Source: Flavobacteriaceae bacterium
Lineage (GTDB): Bacteria; Bacteroidota; Bacteroidia; Flavobacteriales; Weeksellaceae
Reading direction: 5' to 3'
Length of the DNA: 64,000 bases
NCBI GenBank assembly: GCA_018260565.1
Contig: JAGLAZ010000007.1
Span: 17,763-81,762 of the forward strand
Shown here in pieces: positions 57,513-64,000 of this stretch. Both the position numbers and the translations under genes were made by a program. Position 1 is the first letter of the stretch, and every line of letters starts with the position of its first letter. Under the pieces are notes generated by a model. The model did not search any database. It was given only the letters and a program-made list of their open reading frames with translations, and was not told the DNA's origin.

Positions 57513-59312
57513 GTGAAGGAAAATCAAGATCTAAAGCTTCAGTTGCGCTCCATAACGGAGGAGCCAGGCGTTTACCGGTATTATGATAAAGATGGAAAAT
57601 TATTATACGTAGGTAAAGCGAAAAATTTAAAAAAAAGAGTTCTTACCTATTTTAATAAAAACACAGGTGGGTATAGGTTGAAAGTAATGGTTCGCAAAAT
57701 CCACCGCATAGAAACCACAGTGGTTCCTAGTGAATATGATGCGCTATTATTGGAAAATAACCTGATAAAGGCACACCAGCCGATGTATAACATCATGCTG
57801 AAGGATGATAAATCCTATCCATGGATATGCATTAAAAATGAAAAATTTCCGAGAATATTTCTTACCCGCAGGAAGTTCAATGATGGATCGGAGTACTTTG
57901 GGCCGTATGCAAAAGTCCGCCCAGCAAGAATACTATTAGATACCATAAAGAATATTTATAAACTCCGAACATGTAATCTAAACCTTGCGCCAGAAAAAAT
58001 TGCAGAAGGGAAATATAAAGTTTGTCTGGAATATCATATTAAGAACTGTGAAGGTCCTTGTGAAGCATTGGAAAGCCATGAAGAATATATGGAAAAAATA
58101 GATGCCATACGTGGGATTATTAAAGGAGATTTTAAAAAATCACGCCAATATCTTACCGATTTGATGCAAAAGTTTGCTTCTGAAATGCGCTTTGAACATG
58201 CCCAAATGATTAAAGATAGGATGGATGCTCTGAATAATTATCAGGAAAAGCATACTGTAGTAAATCCCAGTATAGATGATGTGGATGTGTTTGGTATGTT
58301 TAGTGATGAGACTGCTGGGTATGTAAATTATTTCAAAATTAGGAATGGAAACATTATTCAATCTTATACTACAGAAGTAAAAAAGATATTGGAAGAAACA
58401 GATGAGGAAATCATGGAAAATGCGCTCATCGAGATTCGGCAAAAATTCGAAAGTACATCTGTTGAAGTTTTATTACCCTTTCATTTAGGTATTTCTATTC
58501 CAGGAGTAAAAATTTTAGTCCCAATGATAGGTGATAAAAAGAGAATTGTGGAATTGTCTGAAAAAAATGCTCGTGAATACCGTTTAGAAAAATTAAAGCA
58601 AGTTCAAATAATGGATCCAGACCGCCATACCCAACGAATAATGGCAGAAATGAAACAGCTTCTTCATCTTCCCACAGAACCACGCCATATAGAAGGATTT
58701 GATAATTCCAATATTCAAGGTACCAACCCTGTATCTGCCTGTGTGGTATTTAAAGATGGAAAACCCAGTAAGGCAGATTACAGAATTTTTAATGTAAAGA
58801 CTGTAGAAGGCCCAAACGATTTTGCTTCCATGGAAGAGGTAATTTACAGGCGGTACAGAAGATTGCAGGAGGAAGAAGCTGATATGCCCCAATTAATAGT
58901 AATAGATGGCGGAAAAGGTCAGCTTTCCGCAGCTGTAAAAAGCCTAAAACTCTTAGGATTATACGGCAAAATAAGTATAATAGGAATAGCAAAAAGGCTG
59001 GAAGAAATATTTTATCCAGAAGACCCAATCCCTTTGTATTTAGATAAAAAATCAGAAACATTGAAAATTATTCAGCGGGTACGGGATGAAGCACATAGAT
59101 TTGGCGTTCATCATCACAGAAACCGAAGAAGCACCAGCGGAATGACTTCTGAACTAACCACAATTCCAGGCGTGGGTAGTAAAAGTATGGAGGATTTACT
59201 AAGGAAGTTTAAATCTGTTAAAAAAATACGTGAAGCTACAGAGCAAGAACTTATAGAAGTCCTTGGTAAAAGCAGAGCGAGTAAAGTAATTGCTTATTTT
59301 AAAGAGAATTAG
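57513..59312 (+). CDS. uvrC: excinuclease ABC subunit C
   Basis: 599 aa with a GTG start. GIY-YIG domain (PGVYRYYDKDGKLLYVGKAKNLKKRV), UVR domain, RNase-H-like endonuclease domain and C-terminal HhH motifs (IPGVGSKS). Confidence 0.9.
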   Translation: MKENQDLKLQLRSITEEPGVYRYYDKDGKLLYVGKAKNLKKRVLTYFNKNTGGYRLKVMVRKIHRIETTVVPSEYDALLLENNLIKAHQPMYNIMLKDDKSYPWICIKNEKFPRIFLTRRKFNDGSEYFGPYAKVRPARILLDTIKNIYKLRTCNLNLAPEKIAEGKYKVCLEYHIKNCEGPCEALESHEEYMEKIDAIRGIIKGDFKKSRQYLTDLMQKFASEMRFEHAQMIKDRMDALNNYQEKHTVVNPSIDDVDVFGMFSDETAGYVNYFKIRNGNIIQSYTTEVKKILEETDEEIMENALIEIRQKFESTSVEVLLPFHLGISIPGVKILVPMIGDKKRIVELSEKNAREYRLEKLKQVQIMDPDRHTQRIMAEMKQLLHLPTEPRHIEGFDNSNIQGTNPVSACVVFKDGKPSKADYRIFNVKTVEGPNDFASMEEVIYRRYRRLQEEEADMPQLIVIDGGKGQLSAAVKSLKLLGLYGKISIIGIAKRLEEIFYPEDPIPLYLDKKSETLKIIQRVRDEAHRFGVHHHRNRRSTSGMTSELTTIPGVGSKSMEDLLRKFKSVKKIREATEQELIEVLGKSRASKVIAYFKEN

Positions 59313-59358
59313 TGTGAAGAATAACAATATTGGAATTTGAAAAAATTTCTAAATATTA

Positions 59359-59718
59359 TTATTTTGAAATCATTTGATAGGCACCCTTTATATGGGAATT
59401 ATAAAACTTACCAAATGATTCAGCATTTTTAAATTCTTCCCACATGCTTACTGGGAGATTTTCATGGATGTACTCATGCTTATCTGTCGAAAATATTAAA
59501 TAACCACTAACTCCATCACAGCTATAAAATTTAGCACTTTTGATCCATGAACTTTTTGAGGTGTCGGCTTCTTCCTCAATTTTGAAACTGGAGTTTTCAA
59601 CTGCTTCAACAGCCTCACCATAAGTATTGAAATTTGAAGGCAAATCACTGCAATTTCCTGATTTTGAATTACAGGAAATGAGTGAAAAGAGGATTAGGAA
59701 TAAGATAGTTTTTTTCAA
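59359..59718 (-). CDS. KTSC-domain lipoprotein
   Basis: 119 aa with lipobox LISC. SWIKSAKFYSCDGVSGYLIFSTDKHEYIHENLPVSMWEEFKNAESFGKFYNSHIKG matches the KTSC domain pattern. Confidence 0.65.
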   Translation of the reverse strand: MKKTILFLILFSLISCNSKSGNCSDLPSNFNTYGEAVEAVENSSFKIEEEADTSKSSWIKSAKFYSCDGVSGYLIFSTDKHEYIHENLPVSMWEEFKNAESFGKFYNSHIKGAYQMISK

Positions 59719-59870
59719 AGCAGTAGGAAATAGATATAAATTCGTCAGTAAAACGTGTACTGAACTATTGAAAACCTAAAATAGTGTTTTAATAACAATT
59801 TAATCACCCATTTGTGATATTATGAGATTATACCAAAAAGCGTCCCCAAAATAGATACCTAAATTACATC

Positions 59871-60062
59871 CACAAAAAAAACAGAAGGATTTTCACGCCG
59901 CAACTAAAGATTCTCATCGTGATGGAAGCCTTTAGGGCAGAAACATTTATGGCCGAACTCTGCCGCAAGCACGCTATTCAAGAATCTACATTCTATATTT
60001 GGAACATGGAGTTTATTGTAGCAGGAAAAATACAGCAAGTTAAAAGGAAAGGTCTTTCCTGA
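59871..60062 (+). mobile_element. IS3-family transposase orfA remnant (HTH part only; no orfB, no inverted repeats found)
   Basis: The open frame reads HKKNRRIFTPQLKILIVMEAFRAETFMAELCRKHAIQESTFYIWNMEFIVAGKIQQVKRKGLS*. It resembles the IS3/IS911 OrfA pattern (..S.E.K..IV.E......V.ELCRKHGIS..TFY.W..KF.G). It lacks a start codon. Confidence 0.6.
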
Positions 60063-60160
60063 TATTGCATCCTTCATTAACCAAAACTTTACTTACTATT
60101 TCGTAACGCTCTATAAAATAAAATACTTATATTTTAAATCCCCTTACTCTTTCTTCTCAT

Positions 60161-61237
60161 CTAAAGCTTAGACATATCCAATTTCAATGAGAAAAAATTG
60201 GAGAAAAAATTACTTCCACCAGGTCCTGAATTTGATATAGCATAATCCAACTCAATCCCTCTGTAAAGAACCCCCAAGCCTGCGCTGGGTGCAAAATCTA
60301 CCTTTTTCTTTAGACTGTCTAAATCGGTGAAGTTCTGAAATCTATTTACACCCAGTCTTAGGAAAACAGTATCATCATAGCCAAATTCTGCTCCTCCAAA
60401 TGGTGAAATACTGGCTACATCTGTAGATACCAAGGCAGCAGTTTTAGCAAAGTCTATCTGAAGACCTCCCTCTGCAACTCCAGCAAATTTTCCTGGTAAA
60501 GTGAAAGCCTTTCCAGCACTTACTGAAAGTTTCGGTAAAGATAACTCCATTTTATCTTTAGGAGCCGGATTAAATTCCTCCCCATTTACTATTGTCGATA
60601 ATTCTTTTTGATTTACGCTCCAAAAATTGACCGTTGTGGTGGCATCCCGTAATACAGCTGCATAACTCCAGCCTCTTTCGGTCCGGTATGTGGCGCCTAC
60701 GTCAAACCCAAATCCAAATGCGGTAGCAAATTTTCCAACATTTCTATAGATTAATTTTGCATTGACCCCTGCTTCTAAACTTTCATTACCACCTGGGCGA
60801 AAACCATAACTAATTAATGCTGCATAATCTGCTTGTGTGAAGCTGGTTATCTTATCATAATTAATATTTCCTTCAGGATCAATTAGTTGGGTAGTATTAA
60901 GAATATCATCTACACCTAATCGTACTACAGAAATTCCGAGAACTCCACCTTTTGAGGCTAAAGGTTTAGCATAGCCTATATAATCATATTTGGCTATACT
61001 TTCAAAGTATTCCGCGTGCATTGCTGCCCCCTGCCAGTCGGTATCTATCGCGTTAAGTCCTGCTGGATTCCACATAGGAGCATATACATCGTTTTGGCTT
61101 GTAAGCACAGCACCACCCATCGCCAATCCTCTTGCTCCAGCACCTATTCCTAAAAATTCATTAGAATACTTACGGATTATTTGTGCTTGTGTAGTAATGA
61201 TGCCTAAGCAAGATAGTAGGATATATATTTTTTTCAT
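60161..61237 (-). CDS. PorV/PorQ-family outer membrane beta-barrel (T9SS-associated family)
   Basis: 358 aa with a signal peptide. The N-terminal motif NEFLGIGAGARGLAMGGAVLTSQNDVYAPMWNPAGL matches the FL.I...AR...MGGA...WNPA signature I associate with PorV/PorQ proteins. Confidence 0.6.
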   Translation of the reverse strand: MKKIYILLSCLGIITTQAQIIRKYSNEFLGIGAGARGLAMGGAVLTSQNDVYAPMWNPAGLNAIDTDWQGAAMHAEYFESIAKYDYIGYAKPLASKGGVLGISVVRLGVDDILNTTQLIDPEGNINYDKITSFTQADYAALISYGFRPGGNESLEAGVNAKLIYRNVGKFATAFGFGFDVGATYRTERGWSYAAVLRDATTTVNFWSVNQKELSTIVNGEEFNPAPKDKMELSLPKLSVSAGKAFTLPGKFAGVAEGGLQIDFAKTAALVSTDVASISPFGGAEFGYDDTVFLRLGVNRFQNFTDLDSLKKKVDFAPSAGLGVLYRGIELDYAISNSGPGGSNFFSNFFSLKLDMSKL

Positions 61238-62145
61238 GGGTGCGAATTTTCAATATGAAGCGTATTTTTTTTCTTGGATTTTAACCAAGCATTTGCAAAT
61301 ATTACGCCTATCATCACTGCGGCAGACAGATAAAAAGCTGGATTCATATGCTCTGTATCTCCAAAGATATAAAATGCAAATAGTATCCCGTATACAGGTT
61401 CCAAATTTACAGTAAGAATCAGGGTAAAAGGGGAGATATATTTCATCAATTTTATAGATTCTAGCATGGGATAGGCTGTAAAAACAGATGCTAAAAGAAA
61501 GACCCATGCAAAGTCTTTTATTGTAATCTGCAGAATATCCGAAATATTGCCTACAAAAAGATGAAATAACACAACTAATAAGGTCCCACCAAATAGTTCA
61601 TAGAAAATGATATTTTCAGAAGAGGTTTTTCCAAATATTTTACCGTTAAAGACGGAAAAAATTGTCCCAAATAAAGCTGTAACTATTCCGAAAACTATTC
61701 CTTCCCAGTAGCGAAATTCTACTTTAAAAATTAACCCCACACATAGCATTATTAAAAAACCTGCTGCGAGTTCTTGATAATCAATTTTTCTTTTAAAAAT
61801 AAGAGGTTCTAAAAGAGCTGCGAACAATGTGGAACAAGAAAGACAACTAAGCGCAATACTTACATTTGAGATTTTTATTGAATGAAAAAAACACATCCAG
61901 TGGACGGCCATACAAGCCCCTATCAAAAGTAGCTGTAATAGCAGTTTTCTTGGTACATGTAAAGATTTTTTAAAAAAAAATTTAGTAAAAATAAAAAGAA
62001 TAAGACTAGCTAAACTCATCCTATAAAAGACTAATGAGGGTGCAGCAGAGGAAATCAATTTTCCAATAATCGCTGTAAATCCCCATAAAAATACTACCAA
62101 ATGGAGTTTTAGTAAGGCAGATTTCATAGAATAAATTTTTCGCAA
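61234..62145 (-). CDS. EamA/DMT-family transporter
   Basis: 303 aa with ten TM segments in a two-fold EamA repeat architecture. The start may be the MKSALLK codon at 62127. Confidence 0.7.
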   Translation of the reverse strand: MRKIYSMKSALLKLHLVVFLWGFTAIIGKLISSAAPSLVFYRMSLASLILFIFTKFFFKKSLHVPRKLLLQLLLIGACMAVHWMCFFHSIKISNVSIALSCLSCSTLFAALLEPLIFKRKIDYQELAAGFLIMLCVGLIFKVEFRYWEGIVFGIVTALFGTIFSVFNGKIFGKTSSENIIFYELFGGTLLVVLFHLFVGNISDILQITIKDFAWVFLLASVFTAYPMLESIKLMKYISPFTLILTVNLEPVYGILFAFYIFGDTEHMNPAFYLSAAVMIGVIFANAWLKSKKKNTLHIENSHP

Positions 62146-62160
62146 AAATATCGAATTGTA

Positions 62161-62916
62161 ATGGTATTGTTAAAGGAGATGGGAGCAAAGACCATTTTTT
62201 ATATAAATGATACTTTAGCAAAAATTATCATGGCAAAGCACTTTATCCCCCGGTGGCATATTCTCTCAAAGAAAAAGTACGAAATATTTTTATTTGCATT
62301 GTTTCAGCACTTGTTTATGGGGCTTTTTATAACAGATTTAGAAATTTATAGAAATTATTTTTGGCCTGCAAGTATGCTTATTTTAGCCCTGAGTTCTTTT
62401 GGTATCATTAGGGAAAAAACGGCATACCTTCTCAAATTTTTATGGGTATTGGTATTTTTCATTATGCTTTCGCCAATATTAGCGTACATCTATGATTTTT
62501 CTCCAATGAGTATGGTATTTAAATGCACTTGCTATGCAATATTTTTCTTATTTATTTTATATGAGGTAATGGATTTTATGCTGCGTCCCAGCTATTTTAA
62601 TGCTGATATTATCTCTGCTTGTGCCTGTGGATACCTAATGCTGATAGAAATCTGTGGTTATATATCACAGATAATTTATTACCTAAATAATCAAAGCTTT
62701 TCTGGGATAGATAGCAAACATCACATATCTATTTTTATTGATTTTGTTTATTTCTCCACTGTAACTATAACATCCATTGGCTTTGGAGATGTAACACCCT
62801 CTGTACATTATACTAAACTACTTGCTTCCTTATTCGGTATAATCGGGCAGTTTTATTCTATTGTACTATTTGGAATTTTGATTAATAAATTTGCTTCAAA
62901 AAAATCAAAAGAATAA
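62161..62916 (+). CDS. potassium channel protein (2TM/Ion_trans_2 pore)
   Basis: Selectivity-filter motif TVTITSIGFGDVTP. The start is uncertain: M at 62161, 62179 or 62230. Confidence 0.75.
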   Translation: MVLLKEMGAKTIFYINDTLAKIIMAKHFIPRWHILSKKKYEIFLFALFQHLFMGLFITDLEIYRNYFWPASMLILALSSFGIIREKTAYLLKFLWVLVFFIMLSPILAYIYDFSPMSMVFKCTCYAIFFLFILYEVMDFMLRPSYFNADIISACACGYLMLIEICGYISQIIYYLNNQSFSGIDSKHHISIFIDFVYFSTVTITSIGFGDVTPSVHYTKLLASLFGIIGQFYSIVLFGILINKFASKKSKE

Positions 62917-62920
62917 TAGT

Positions 62921-64000
62921 CTACTCTGGCATAGCTTTCCACCCTCTGATACTTCGGCATAAAAAATAAACCAATAATAAAGACAGTATTGCCCAAATAG
63001 GTTGTAAATACCAAGAGCTTTCATTATAAGTAAATTCTAAAGATGCTTCATTAGGATCTTGTAGTGCAGTACTTATCAAAAAATACATAGTTTTTACCAC
63101 TAGCCAAACAAAATAAAATGATACTCCTAACGCAATAGAGAGTGCTATGGATCTTATAAACTTCGATACTCGAAAAGCAGTAAAAGCCATTGCCAAAATG
63201 AGTAAGCCGACTGCAATTGATAAAGAATTTAGGGCGTTTAAACCTGAAATAGTAGAAACACCTTTATAAATTCCTAGAGATATGAGACCTATTATTAGGC
63301 TAATAACCCCTGTACCAATAACCCCAAATAGTAAAGGCTTAAGTCCTAAGGTCCTAAATATTAAAATTATGCATGCTAGATGAAATGCTATCCAATATAA
63401 AATATTGACTAAGTTTAAAAAATCTATATGGGAAGTTTTATTAATATTAGTATATATATCCTTTAACAAATTTAAGTTTACTGACTTATTAGTAGAATAT
63501 TTACTTGCATATTCATTCCCAATCTTTGCTAATTTATCTCCAGATGCAGGTTCTACCATTTCTGTTATAACTTCAGAAGTATTATAGGGATCTTCTGATA
63601 AGTTTGTAGACTTAAAGAAGGTTTTCACCTCATATGGTTGCGTTTTATTAATGGAATTATACCAATCTTCCAAGGAGAAGTTATGCTTAATTTTATATTT
63701 ATCCAATATAACAAGGGCTTCTTTTAATAAACTTTTAAGTTTGGAGGGATCTTTATGCTGTAATAAATCTATAACTTCTTTATTTAGTTTCTCACTTTTG
63801 TTTGAGTTTGCAGCGATACTATCATAAGAATATTCGGATAACCGCCCATTAGAATCTAATGTTGGAAAAAATTGTGTGGAATAATTAGTATAAGAAGGAA
63901 AAGTAGTTTCCACTAGAGGTCCTAAATCTAATACCTTTTCTTTTACCGTATAGACAATTGTATTTTTAATCCTTACATGTTTAATATATGTTTTGTCATT
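62921..64000 (-). CDS. hypothetical membrane protein (5' end beyond the window)
   Basis: The track ORF 62921..63913 starts at a GTG, but the frame stays open to nt 64000 (..NDKTYIKHVRIKNTIVYTVKEKVLDLGPL-VETTF..). It has an N-terminal soluble region and 4-5 C-terminal TM helices. I recognise no family. Confidence 0.5.
   Translation of the reverse strand, partial: NDKTYIKHVRIKNTIVYTVKEKVLDLGPLVETTFPSYTNYSTQFFPTLDSNGRLSEYSYDSIAANSNKSEKLNKEVIDLLQHKDPSKLKSLLKEALVILDKYKIKHNFSLEDWYNSINKTQPYEVKTFFKSTNLSEDPYNTSEVITEMVEPASGDKLAKIGNEYASKYSTNKSVNLNLLKDIYTNINKTSHIDFLNLVNILYWIAFHLACIILIFRTLGLKPLLFGVIGTGVISLIIGLISLGIYKGVSTISGLNALNSLSIAVGLLILAMAFTAFRVSKFIRSIALSIALGVSFYFVWLVVKTMYFLISTALQDPNEASLEFTYNESSWYLQPIWAILSLLLVYFLCRSIRGWKAMPE

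Overview
AT-rich (about one-third G+C by eye) chromosomal segment of a Flavobacteriales bacterium. Lineage evidence: gldB/gldC gliding genes, a PorV/PorQ-like barrel, TamA/TamB, a mevalonate-pathway decarboxylase, TAnnTTTG promoter boxes, and short GC-rich intergenic elements that I recall from Chryseobacterium-group (Weeksellaceae) genomes. That recollection is from memory and was not searched. Most of the window is tightly packed housekeeping DNA: tpiA 3' end, tsaC, a Cys/Met PLP enzyme, nadE, hisS, kdsA, ligA, purK/purE, glnS, psd, hutH, uvrC, two tRNAs, envelope genes and transporters. No rRNA or CRISPR array was seen. The only clearly accessory stretch is nt ~265-6100, directly downstream of tRNA-Ser(UGA). 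It holds a four-gene minus-strand operon: an unknown 132-aa protein, an XRE-type HTH, a Vsr::C5-cytosine methyltransferase fusion and an HpaII-like restriction endonuclease. A perfect 16-bp palindrome lies in the operon's promoter region, and about 2 kb of gene-poor, decayed DNA flanks it. No integrase is present. This operon, especially its uncharacterised lead gene and the Vsr-MTase fusion, is my best candidate for something new. Other points worth a second look: (1) a lipoprotein-type barnase/barstar pair translationally coupled to nadE. (2) A ChlI-type AAA+/VWA pair split by an inserted secreted-protein gene plus a GC-rich palindromic element. (3) A 6 x 16-aa repeat (beta-flower-like) secreted protein. 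(4) A CBS-like plus alpha-oxoamine-synthase pair that may be capnine/sulfonolipid genes. (5) A tightly packed cluster of two large membrane proteins (DUF2723 and an unassigned one), kdsA and a TonB-type barrel. (6) ligA broken by a 1-nt frameshift before its BRCT domain. (7) An EEP-family gene interrupted by a single in-frame TGA. (8) An IS3 orfA remnant. All family assignments come from motifs read in the ORF translations. Nothing was searched against a database.
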